Origin: Marsupella aquatica
Taxonomy: Eukaryota > Plantae > Marchantiophyta
NCBI GenBank assembly: GCA_973895155.1
Contig: OZ316897.1
Coordinates: 9,509,832 to 9,573,831 of the forward strand
Length of the DNA: 64,000 nt
Reading direction: 5' to 3'
Positions within the stretch are counted from its first letter, which is position 1, and each line of letters begins with the position of its first letter. Positions 9,541-22,322 of the stretch are shown piece after piece. The position numbers and the translations under genes were made by a program. Under the pieces are notes generated by a model, which was given only the letters and a program-made list of their open reading frames with translations, was not told the origin of the DNA and did not search any database.

Positions 9541-12500
9541 GGTATTTGTTTGATCTACCCCAAAAGTGAAACTTGTTACTTTCTCCAGAAGGGGGTCTAC
9601 TAAGCATATCTCTCCTCCAAAGAACCCATAAATATGTTAGTGCAAAAATTTCTATAGGGATATGTGTAAACTTTTAGGTAAGAGGACAATATTCTATGTG
9701 TAATTCTTATGGATGAAGTGCAAACAATTTTTAAGTAGAGGTAATGTTGCAGTTATGAGATAGTTGACAGGGGTTTACAATCTAAGGGATGTGTATTCGG
9801 TGGTTTAGGGACTGAACAAGAATCCTACTTGAACATGATAATGTCAAACAAACTCTGCAATTGTGGGGATCCGCACACCTTTAGCAGCATTTGGAAATGA
9901 GAAGACATACACGTTCATGCCTTCACACATTTTGTACACGGGACTGTTGCATAGGGTACCCAACAGGCAACAATAAATAAATTTCACAATAAAGCTAGTC
10001 CAAATAGAAATCCTTCCCTTGGAGAAAAGAACTATGGTTCATAACGTTCTCATGACGTTTGACTTGCTGTCAAAAACAAGTATGCTCCCTCCTTCCAGGC
10101 ATCTACGTTTTGACACCAAGACTCTAACCAGATCAATTTGGACCCACAAAGTACTTCTTTTTTACAAAGGAAAGTACCATACTAGTGCTAAAAAGGGTTT
10201 TTCTTTGTCCATAATTGCATCTTGTCTAAAAGTAGGTCCATCAGGGCTTCAACTTCCAAATTATGGTTCACACTTGTATAGTCAAACAGGACAACATCAT
10301 GGTCTCGAGTCTCCACCATATCACCAACCATCACTTGGGACTTTAAGATCAGACTTATGGTTCACACTTGATTAGTCAAACAGGAACACATCAAGGTCTC
10401 TACTCTCCCCCATATAACCAACAATCCATTGGACTTCAAGTTAGAGCACCTGTGCTTGTCGAACAGCCATGCCATTGGGTTCAGGCTGAGTCCAACACTG
10501 CCCCACTGGTTGCACCTTACATTGTGTACCAGGTGAGCAGATGTCAACTATGCACACATGAGAGAAAGCTGAAGCACATCTCTGCTATCAAAACTGATGT
10601 GGCCAATCACAACCATCAATTGGTTTTGGCGCGGTGTCCTGCATATAGTTATGCCCTGCCAGTAATCACACATCAAAATGTGATAATATATGATGTGCAT
10701 TTATTTAAAAAAATGATGAGGTTTATCATGGTATGGAGTGATCTAATACACCCTCATACTTCTGGAGTGTGGGACTGCCAGTCTCGGCAGTCAAAATGGG
10801 AGGGCCGCGGCTTTGGGGTGTTGCAACCTTGGCTGCTCCCATTAAACTCACTCTTGGCGGTGGTCAGGTGGAGTGGTCAGGTGGAGTGGTCAGGTGGAGT
10901 GCTCAGTTTAAAGGAGGACTCTTGAAGAATCTCTTCTAGGACAACTGGTGGTCACTAAATATTTACTCCTGTTGCATCTGACCACCAGGTTCAGAGTCTC
11001 AGGCGTGTCAAAATAAATAAAACCTTGACCAAGGATGAGATATTTCCCATCTATTATTCACTCACACATACATTCCACGCCAATAAATCCAATTCCCCTG
11101 CCATGCAGTGTTTAGAACATCATGTTCTTGCCATGGCGAGGAGGTCGTTATAAGAACTGCCCAGATGCACGCAACGTTCTTCTGAGAAGTTGGGCTTCTT
11201 TCCTTTGTAGTGTAGCTAGAAGAACCAACCAGGGACTGGCTTTCCAAGAAAGGACATGATCCGGTTCTGTCTTGGGGCTCACAAAAGGCACTCGATAAAG
11301 CCATCGTGAGGCCTGCCACGTCGTGTGGGAACCTATGGCCGTTGGATTAGAATCGCACGGCCTAAATTTCTCGAGATGGACCTCATCCTACGGCCGGCGA
11401 AAGGTCTTCCCTGCAGGCTCGGCCCAGGCAAAGTCCCAAGGAAGTGGGCCCTAAATTATTGGCAGGCTTTGAGAATATTCAGCCGGTCAATGGGTCCCAC
11501 TTTCTAGATTACGGACTATCTTCTCAAACACAGTTCCCACTAGCGTTGGCTAAGTGAAATGTTATTTTTATTTTTGCTTACACATTATGTGAGTCGCCAT
11601 TTTAATTTTCCCTGACCAAATTTTTTGGTACTCTACTTTTCTGAAACAAAAGCCAAACTGGACTGAGAGAAACACTGTCCCTGCCATACCTGGGACTGCT
11701 TAAAGCAATCTTTACTTTTACACCAACAGAAAAGAATCAATCACGGATCACAGTTGACGCCTTTGACTACCTTCGGGAGAAACTAGTCAAGACATCATGG
11801 AGATCCTGAGTAATGACATTATGTCTTTCAAGGTCAATTTCATCAAGTCGTCAAGTTACCAAGGAAACCGGTTTGTTAATGCAATTGAAACCGGTCACCA
11901 ACAGTTTGGAGAAAGTTTACAGGTCACATGTCAGTCAAAAGTGTAAATAGTGTTATCTGAGTTAGTTAAAATGTTCTGAACAAGTACATCCAAGCTTTGC
12001 CAGTCCATCTGGGTTTCATAGACACCGTGGAGGTCCATCCTGGCCTCAGTTTCCTACTTTTTCTGGTAGTTTTTGTTGATGTCAAGCCAAAACATGTATT
12101 CTCAACACTAACCCCCAGAAAAAGCTTGTGTGAGAGACTATGCTAGAAGTACAACAAGTAATAGTAGAGCCAAAATAATAATATGTTGTGAAAGTGCTTG
12201 TATGCAACAGTACCATAAGTTGCAAGATACCAAAGGTTCCAGTAGTGGATTCACCACAGGATCAATAATGTATGGGTGATAAGGAAATGTCACACACTCG
12301 CCGCTGAAGTTTGAAGGATGCTCGGGAGAGACAGTTAGGTCTGAATGCACCTTCACAAAATGTTTTTATAACATCTGGGTTGAGAGACAACAATGCACAT
12401 TTGAAGCTGGCGCGAGACAGTTCCCTCTACAAAGTAGGCTTTCAATGGCAACTATCTCTAGCTTGTCATGTTTCCCAAAGAAGTCATATGCTTCACTGGA

Positions 12501-14866
12501 GTTTTAAATAAGTCATACAAAACTGAGAAGACAGGGTAGGAAACAATAGTAAGTACACATGCCAGCTCTACAAGTTCTATCTTCACAAATGTCAGTTTCA
12601 AGCCAAGTCCGAAAGTAAATGTTTTGGAGCCCACCACAAATTTATCCCCAATCACATCACAGTGAATACAACTACGAGCCCCAGCAGGTTTATTAGGTTT
12701 TTGAAAGAGAAATAAACCCTCCAAATTCCACTTTCCAGTTTTTGTAATCTCGATTGAACCAGGAATAATTCTCATGCAAACCCACAAAATATTCTACTTG
12801 GTTTGAGATGTTTGATTGCAAAAGTTAGTTTAATTTGCTTTCAGACTTTGGTGTGTGGCGAGTTAATTTTTCTGTGCTAAAAAGTTTTCTCAATCTACTT
12901 CTTTTGCTATTTCATTGATATCTAACCAAAAAATGTGTATGCAGGCCTCTTTCCCCATCATGTAATGTTTTCAGGCTGTCGGGTCTATAATTTAATCAAC
13001 TTTTAATTACGGACCCACTAGAGGTCCCTTCCAAAATTCCTGGCACCACATCGTGCCACATCAAACACAACCGCAACAAACAAGACTCGTCGGTTTTGTG
13101 AATCAAACTTAAAGTTTTCATTCGTGTTTGTGTCAATTTGGGTGTAAATTTTGGGACGCAGTGCCGTAAAAAGAAAAGTAAAAACATTGGAAATGCAAAG
13201 AGCAAGACGGTTAAAACTGTCACTATGTAACCGTTTTAGTTACATTTTCAATTTTAAAACTTAAATTCAAAGATTTATAAACAGTATTTTTCATATAATA
13301 AATAATGACTAATAACTAACTTGATAACTTCCTTGTTAAACCGCAACTCCCGGTATGTAAGGACCTCTCGTATTGTACGGCCATTAATGCTGGGAAGAGC
13401 ACATAGAAACCCAGGATCGGGGAGGAGGAATGGCTGGAACCTTGAAAGTTCATTCTCAAAACAAAAAATACCCAGTCGTAGATCTCATTGAGATCTTTCT
13501 TTTGCACCCTAGATCGCCTACTAACATGGATGAATAAGATTTCTAGAGGCATTACAAAATGGATGGCAAAAATCATAAAATCAACAAAATCGACGGCTAG
13601 GAAGGCTTGGATTTGTTTAATTTTTCATTTGAAAAATATTAACCCATTTGCAAAACGGACAGAACCCATCCATAGATCTATTTGAGATCTTTCTTTTGAG
13701 CCATAGATTGGCCATTATGATGGACGGACGAGATTTCCAGAGATAAGAAATGGAGACGGCTCAGATCGACTCTTCCCCCTGATTTTATTAGCCAAGGGGT
13801 CCACGAACTAATTACTTTCCATTAAAGAGGTTCAAATTGAGAATATTGCCATGATTTGTTTGTATCTACAAATATACCATTGTTTGTATACAAACATAAA
13901 TTTAACAAAGTAACAAAGGTGTAAATATAAGAAAACCGTGGTATATTTGTAGATACAATAAAAACAATGACATATTGTAAATTAGAACATCTTTAGTGAC
14001 AATGTAGCTGATAATTTAATTTCCTCCTATCCCACTTGCACAAAAGTGCCAGCATGTTTTTTGGCCCATCATTTTGGGAACATCACTTTAGATTTTATTG
14101 TTAATTTATTTTTTGTGTGAACCTAACTGAACCCTTCAATGGACTTACACATTAGACAAAATGTCCATAACTATGGACCAGGGCAACCCGGTGGAAAAAC
14201 ACTTTTTGTAAACAGATAGCACTTTTCTTGTAAAAAATCTATACTTTTTTGGTCAGCAGTAGCCTGGACCATCCTGGTTGCAAGGTTCATGAAATTGGTA
14301 CATCTGACCATTACTTTACCAAGGTAGACATACCTCACCCTCAGTTTAGTGACTTGTGATTAGTTATGTGAGGGTTCGGGATATTCAATTTTGGGCTGTC
14401 ATTTGCATATAATGTAATGAACACCAATTTTATTAAAATGATGCTCACATGGATCACTATGTTGGTCTTTGAAATCCCTATGGACTACATTTCCCAAAAT
14501 TTGAGTTTAATTGTAATAATCTGATGTTCATAAATTCAAAATATTTTTTACTTTTGAGTATGTGCCAGAGGCTAGGTAAGCTACACTTCCATCATTGAAA
14601 GCTACTGTGAATTTTTGGCCATTTTGGTTGAGTCATTCATCATGGAATGCAGATAGGTAAATTCTATTAGACTAATTTTCATTGTGTTACTATGAAATAT
14701 TAGTGTTTGTGTTTTTTTATGTTTCCTCCTTCTCTAGTTGCCTTGCAGGTGAAAAGTTAAAAATTAATTTAAGACTCTATCAAGTTATAAGCCAAAAACC
14801 CATATCAAGATCAAGCTATAAGCCCAAAACTCCCATGGATCACTCTGTCCAACACAACACCATCTT

Positions 14867-15062
14867 GGCTTCACTTTCCCTATTTTCTCACTCTTTCTTC
14901 CACTCCCTTATATACACTCTCTCTTCCACTCCGTTATATATACTCTCTTTTACACTCCGATACATATATTGCCAAAGGCTTCACTTTCCCTATTTTCTCA
15001 CTCTCTCTTCCACTACGTTATATATACTCTCTTTTCCACTCCGTTACATATATTGCCAAAGG
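14867..15062. repeat. CT-rich tandem duplication (~110 bp) with internal ~27-bp subrepeats
   Basis: GGCTTCACTTTCCCTATTTTCTCACTCT starts at ~14867 and again at ~14977. TATATAC(A)CTCTCTTTTCCACTCCG recurs. Confidence 0.8.
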
Positions 15063-15669
15063 GCAAAAACGCCGAACGGGACGACAGGATCCGGCTGGCA
15101 AAGCAACTCAAACCCAATAATGAAGTGGGGAGGAGGGGAAAAGGCCTCTCCTTTCACATCTGCTTGAAATCGTGATTGAACTTTCTCTGTTTGGTATCAT
15201 ACCTACAGATGATAAGTTTCATGATCGATGAATACACACAAATATTGGATCATGTGTTGCCTGCTGTCGTGTAGTTCCAGTCTGACAATTTTACTCAAAT
15301 GGTTGTCGACCTGAGACTTTAACGATGTCAAAATTGCTCCCGCTGACCGCCTGTGTTTCTATCCCTGAGGACCCTGCTCTGGGAAGCAGATCCAGCGAGC
15401 TGTCTTCAGGTCCGATAGAGATCTCTGCCTCAGATGATGGTGAATCCAGCTCCAGTACCTGGTCAATTGGCTTCAAAGATAGTCGATTCTTAACGACCGA
15501 AGCTCCTGAGTTTGAAGAATTTGCTTAGGCCGTCGTGGTACAGTGCCAGTTTTCAAAGTTGCCTTTCCGTTTCGTATGTTCATACCAGTGGAGGTGACAT
15601 CTAATTCGGTGGAAGTTGTTGCAACGGAAGGGGGCAATCTCTTTCCTGTCTCCCGTATGTAAGGAAAAT

Positions 15670-18600
15670 ATGGATAAGGATTCGGTGCTCAGAAGCTGGT
15701 ATAGACTCCAACAAAGAGCACGAGCGTGTTGGGCACCTTCAGCGTCCACCTCGTCCTTGAATTTCGCTGGAGACCCACCAAAACAAGTACAAACTTTGCA
15801 CCGCCTGCACCTACTTTTCTTTATTTCTCTTTATCCCCCGCTGCCCATCGCAAACAATAGTTCCAACTGCTGTTGTTGTTTCCTCTGTTTTGTAGCATTT
15901 GGTTACTGTGATAGATGCCTTTCAACGAGGTGGTAGGTTTATTTCGTTTGTTCACTTTGCTGTTCTCCTTGACAACTAAATTGAGGTCTTTCATTTCAAA
16001 CGCAGATTAATGACTACGTCTATGAGGTATTCAACTCGTTAGGGCGTCCATCTATAGAGCTTGTGTTCTTCCATGGTCTCCAGTTGGAGGGATCCAAGGA
16101 AGCACATCTCACCACTTGGCTCACACAAGATGGGTCTGAGTTATGGCTAAAGTGGATCTTGGACTACTACCCACAGGCTCGAATACTACTAATTTCATAC
16201 GATGCGTTCACCAGGAGAACACATGAGCAAGGGAATCTGGACATGTTCCGCACTTGTGAAAATTTAGTACAAGACTTGACCAGGGGCGAAGCTCAAGTTG
16301 GGCAAGCAGGATGCCCAGTGGCGCTAGTGGGGCATTGCATTGGGGGCTTGGTTATGAAAGAGCTGTGTGTTGCCTTGGACTCAACTGTTGGCAAACTTCA
16401 GTTTTACGAACCTGACAATCATGCACAGAATCTCTTCCTCAACATAAATGGTTTTTTTTTTTACGGATGTCCCCACCACGGGTCGAGGTTCGCTGATGAT
16501 AGCAGCGAGGAGGGAGAGCTGCTGAAAGAAGCTACTACTCTCAATAAAGTAACAGAACGGCGAAATGAGCTGTTTCGGAAGTTGCGTTTAGAGCGGAATT
16601 GGAAAACTTATGGAATTGGAGAAACTCTTGAGACCAAGTTGGTGAGCACAATCGACTCTTAGCTCTGTATTCAGTTGATTCATTTGCACATTGGAACAGA
16701 GATCTCACATCGTTTATGGGTGATATCAAATGGTCATGGATTCAGTTGAGTGGTAAATAACTCGCGTTGAATTATATTCTTGGCTCAAGGAGATAGTCCT
16801 ATGCTAGGATATGCGCGCTTTTTCAATTTCTCAAGAGGACTGTCTTGAAGTGCTCCACGAATTTAGTGAGGTTTTGACTGTTGAACGTATTGTCGTGTTA
16901 GCTTACATCGTATTGTTGAATATGCTTTGCAGGGCCGATTTCAAGGCTTAGTTGTTCCAGAGGCTTCAGCGAGGGCTGATGTGGATGTATACTACACAGA
17001 CCGCGGCGCAGACCATTTTACTGTATCTCGTACAAAGTCTAAGATTTCATCCAGCTTTATCAAGTTGCTGGATTTCATCGGGGACATCCTAGAGGCGGTA
17101 CCCACATTTTCACCAACTCATTCCGTGACAACGTATCAGCTCTTTGCAGGAGTCCACTATTTTTGTTTAGTTTACTTGCTTACGTTCTAAGACTTTTGCA
17201 CCTTTCTAGGGCTATCATTATTTTGATCTGTAAATCTTCGCAAATGAGAAGTCATAGACACACACTGACGACCTTGTTGAAAAGTACGTGTTTAGGCCTT
17301 ATGCTGTTTCTAGTGATTGTTTCCCTCGGCGGTCATTTGTGTTTGCATGAGCCAGAGAGCATCCCTGGGAATAGAGTAAGGTAGTCTGGTTCTCTAAATA
17401 TATTGGCAGACTTTTTGGCATGCCTCAGCTCAATCGAATTCAATGGCAGGATAAGAAGCGACACATCCCAAAGAATGTTAGTCTTACGAAAGCTATTGGT
17501 CTAGAAGGACGGCTGAAGACGCTCATAAAGGAACTTGACGGAGCACAACGCCTGGCAATAGTTGGAATGCCTGGGATTGGCAAAAGTACCTTGGCCAAGA
17601 AGCTATACAACACCCCTTGGAAGAGCTTTGACTACACATGCTTCCTAAGTGACGTGAAGAAATTTATGGGGGAGAGAGATGATCCACATTACCTCCAAGG
17701 AGAAGTACTACGAAACCTGTATTACAAGGGAAAGAAGGCACATCCATCATGCAGATGGGAATCGCTGAATGGACAGAAGGTTCTCCTTGTATTGGATGAT
17801 GTGGATCGTGCGTCTCAGGTTCCGGAGACAATCGATTCGAGTTTTTTGGATGGGAGCTGTGTCATCGTGACATCTCGAGCATCAGGATTCCTCATCCAAG
17901 AAGATTTCAAATGCTACGTAGTGAAGGAACTTGGATCCCAGGACTCGAAGGGACTTTTTTGTCACCATGCTTTCGGACAAGAAGATGCACCCGAGCTTTA
18001 CAAAAACCATGTCGCAAAAATCATAGCGGTACTACAAGGTCTACCTTTAGGCCTAGTGGTTGCAGGCGGATTCTTGAAGCGCAGAGTACCTTTAAGCTTC
18101 TGGGATAACGTGTTGAAGAGATTAAATTTGGCCAAGGCTCCAGATGGGAGGAAGAATGACGTCCTATGGTCGGTCATGACGATGGCTTATGACGAACTCG
18201 AGGAAGAAGAGCAACAAATGTTCTTGGATATCGCTACTTGCTTTCATGGTGAGAATCTGGAAGACGTTATAAGAGTTTGGATACATTGTGGCTGGGCAAC
18301 AACTGCTGAGTTGGGTCTGACAAACTTGACAGAGAAAAACTTGGTAACAACTGAGAAAACCAGTGGGTCATTACACATCATTCGGATGCATGAGGTGCTG
18401 CGTAAATTAGGACAGAGTAAAGCCTGCAGGGAGCATGATGATGTGACAACACATAGCAGGGTGCGATATGATGCATCAAATCCTCTACCAAAATCTTGGC
18501 CATTTCGTGAGGTAAGAAAGACCGTAATCAATCATGATTCAGAGCTCATGTGGAATCACCAGTCATTCTAAATATTTGGAGGGGGTTAATATCATCTTTG

Positions 18601-21600
18601 TCCGGTATTTCTTGATCAGTCGCTAAACCACGGTCACTCTCATGCACACACTGGCTAGTTTGCTTGGCTTCACACCAAACTCTGATCCTGAAGACCTTCA
18701 AATTGTGTCTTGAGATGGCTAAAAAACAGTCGAGCTTTGTCGCAACAGCTTAAGTGCAGTCTCCTATAGGTAGATATCTGTCTCCTTGATATAGGTAGCC
18801 GCGCGAGCATGGCTGAATAGTTGGCTCAATGGCTGGTCTGGTTAAATTTGAGTCATTTCTACTAATGGTGTGCTCGTCCATGATAGAGCTAGTGAAAGTT
18901 GGTGGACGAAGCATGGTTTTGACGTGAGATTGAAGAATACAAACACTGAATAGTTTGTTGTCATGAATTTGTATACAGGAGAATCTCGAAGTCAAAGTTC
19001 TGATGACCTCTTGCGGGACACGAGTAAAAGAGGAGTTTCGGACAGTTGACATGCAGCAGCTTTGTGGTTTAAAGGAATTGAGAGTCCTCCAGCTGGATGG
19101 CGTAAGTTTGAATGGGCCATGTAACTTGCTACCGGAGAAACTTGCATACATGAAGCTCAGCTACTCAGAGTGGACTGATCAGGTTGATTCGAGATTTCCT
19201 GAACTTTCTGGAGAAAAACCAGCTGGGCAACTTGCAAAGTTGAAATGTATGGAAGTTGTCGATTGCCAAAAGTTGGAAGGTTTTCTTTATTGCATGGGAA
19301 GCCTTCAAGGATTGGAAGATTTGCGAATAGTCTCGTGTGTGTGCTTGGAAGCTCCCCAAAATGCTCTCTCGCAGCTCAAGGCGTTACAGCACTTTGAAAT
19401 CACGTACCATGATTGGAACGCGCTCTTGGATATGCTCGAGGAGCTCTGGGCTCTTGAAAAATTGGTCATTCGCAAGTGCATCGGTCACGGTTGTCCGAAG
19501 ACGTTGGAGCAAATTTTATTTCTGGAATCTCTTGCAATCAGGGGCTTACTTCAAAGTCCGGGGCAGGTTGATCTACCACACCCGGGATTCCATGAAGTTT
19601 TAATACTATATAGCGATTCAGAATCAATTGATGCAGCTCATTATGCAGAAACTTCAAGATCCACTCATCCAGAAGCCGTGTTTCTGTTCATCAAGGACTG
19701 CACAAGATTGAAGGCTCTACCAGATATTCTAGAGCGGCGCCTTGGATTCCATGTCAGTCTTATCGTAAAGGATTGCTCAAGATTTGAAGATGTTGAAGAT
19801 GCCCTGCAGCAGTTTCAAGTTTTGAAACGTCTGGACATAGAGGGTTGCCATAATATCCGGGCTCTGCATGATGGTCTTGGAGGGCTTAAGTTTTTACATA
19901 CATTGTCAGTAACGGCATGTGGAAACTTGGAGTCTCTTACCCTTACCCTGGTAGAGCTTCCGGTCTTGCAACAGCTGACAATTTGTTCATGCCCAAATTT
20001 GGAGATTCTTTCCGACCTCGGGAAACTTCGAAGCCTGGAACGTCTGACGATAGGGAATTGCAGAAGTTTACAGGCTCTCCCTCCCCTCGAGCAGCTTGGA
20101 GCGTTACGGCGGCTGGAAATTTATTCATGCGAAAGCTTGTTGTCTCTTCCCGCTGGCCTCGCAGAGCTTCACTGGCTAGAGCAGCTGGCGATAGGGGATT
20201 GCAAAAACTTACAAGCTCTCTCTCCACTGGAGCAGCTTGTAGGGTTACGGCGGCTGACAATTTATTCATGCGAAGGTTGGAGGTCGCTTCTTACTGATCT
20301 TGCAAAGCTTCAGCGGCTGGAGTATCTGGCCATAGGAGATTGCGATAAGTTGGAGGCTCTCCCTGGTTTCTTGGAGAAGTATTGGGCTAGGCCTTCGTCT
20401 TACTGAGTGCGGGACCGAGTGTTGGGGATTTATTCATGGGGAAGGTGGATTTCTCTTCAGACTGGTCTTGGAAATCGTCGGGGTCGACAACGTTGGACCA
20501 TAGGGGGCCCGGTTTTGCGAGAATTGACGATTCGTTCATGGAAAGGTCAATATCTTTTCCAGCTGAAGTCGGAAATCTTCGAGAGCTTGGACGGTTGGAG
20601 ATACGGGATTGTAATTTACTACAGGCTATTCCAGATACCTTTGAGGAGCTTCAGGGCTTACAAGAATTGAGGATTTGTTCTTGCAACAATTTGAGAGTTC
20701 TTCCGGACGGCCTTCGACGACTTCAGGGCCTGGAATGCCTTACGATTCGGGATTGCAATTCTCTCGAGGCTGTCGCGGAGGCACTAGGGGAGCTGAGGGC
20801 TTTGCGAGAGTTCACGATTGATTCATGCAGAACTTTGCGATCCCTTCCTGAGGGCCTCGGATATCTTTACGGGCTGGAGTATCTGGCCATACGGGATTGC
20901 AACTATGTAGCGTTTCTTCCAGAGATCCTGGGCAGCCTTCAGGCCTTACGAGAGTTGACGATTGATTCATGCAACAGCTTGAGAGCTCTTCCTGACTGCC
21001 TCGGAGAACTTCAAGCGTTGGAACGCCTAACGATACGGGATTGCTATTGTTTAGTAGTGCTTCCAGATGTCCTGGTGGAGCTTCAGGCCTTGCAAGAGTT
21101 GGTGATTGATTCATGCCAAAATTTGCGATACTTACCCCACGGCCTTGAAAAACTTGAACGCCTCGAATGTGTGACGATACGGGACTGCTACTGTTTAGAA
21201 GCTCTTCCACACGCCCTTGGGGAGCTCCGGGCCTTACGAGAGCTGACGATCGAATCATGCGAAAGTTTGCGATATCTTCCCAAGGACCTCGGAACACTTC
21301 GGGGGCTGGAACGTGTGACGATACGAGACTGCTGTTGTTTAGAATCTCTTCCAGATGCCCTGGGGGAGCTTCAGGCAGGCTTAGGAGCATTGACGATTGA
21401 TTCCTCCAACAGTTCGCAATCTATTCTAAATCGCCTGGCATATCGTCAAGGGCTGGAGTGTCTGATGATTCACGGTTGCAATGACATCGAGGCTCGTCCA
21501 GAAACCCTGGGAAAGCTTCGGGCCTCACGAGAGCTGAGGATTTACTTATTCCACGGATTGAGACCTCTTCCAATGTGCCCCGGAAAACTTCAAGGACTGG

Positions 21601-22322
21601 AATGTTTAACGATTAGAGATTGCAATGACATAGAGGCTCTTCCAGTAACCCTCGGGGAGCTTCGGGCTTTACGAGAGTTGAAGATTGTTTCGTGCCACGG
21701 ATTGAAAGCTCTTCCGACGGTCCTCAGAAGAGTTCAAGGACTGGAATCTCTGACAATTATGGATTGCGGTGATATCTGGGAGTTGTACCTGGGGGAGCTC
21801 CGGGCCTTACGAGAGTTGAGGATTCATTCATGCGACGGTATGAGATATCTTCCCAGGGGCGTGGAGAAGCTTGGAGCTTTACGAGAGTTGACGATTGATT
21901 CATGCCACAGTTTGACAGTTCTGCTTGTACAAGGTCTTCATTCCTTACGAGAGTTAAGGGTTTACTCATGCGATGGGTTGGAATCTGTGCCAAGTTGCGT
22001 GGGGGAGCTCCGGGCCTTACGAGAGTTGGGGATATATGGGTGCTGCAACTTGAAGGTTTTTCCAGAGTCCGTGGGGCACCTTCGTTCTTTACGAGAGTTG
22101 ACGATTTATTCGTGCCCCGGTTTGAGAAGTCTTCCTGATTCTCTTGGAGAGCTTCGGGCCTTACGAAAGTTGACAGTTGTTTCATGCAACAGCTTGGGAG
22201 CTCTCCCGGAGGGCCTCAAATATGTTCAAGGGCTCGAGATGGATTTGGATTGGTGGTGGAAGTATCTTCGAGGTCTCGGAATCCATTTACATTGGCGCTG
22301 GAGAAATCCCAATGTTTTTTGA
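15670..22322 (+). CDS. alpha/beta-hydrolase-NB-ARC-LRR (HNL-type) NLR immune receptor; proposed exons 15670-15786, 16006-16641, 16933-17097, 17429-18511, 18979-20365, 20563-22322 (~1715 aa)
   Basis: Hydrolase: VFFHGL, ARILLISYD, GHCIGGLVMK, FFYGCPHHGS, VVPEASA, ADHFTVSR. NB-ARC: P-loop GMPGIGKSTLAK, kinase-2 LLVLDDVD, GSCVIVTSR, GLPL, FLDIATCF, MHE. Followed by roughly 35-40 LRRs. All proposed introns are GT-AG and frame-consistent. The last intron is hypothetical; without it translation stops at 20406. Confidence 0.88.

Noticed and set aside
9960-14600. Coding-like fragments, possibly a decayed transposon
   Set aside because: Could not identify termini, a TSD or a diagnostic protein motif, so no call was made.
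20812-22185. Long antisense ORFs (192 aa, 142 aa) with repeated motifs
   Set aside because: Shadows of the repetitive LRR codons on the opposite strand; no independent protein features.
20436-22322. The 628-aa ORF as a separate LRR-only gene
   Set aside because: It begins 30 bp after the upstream stop inside degenerate LRR sequence, with no room for a promoter; better explained as the continuation of the NLR.
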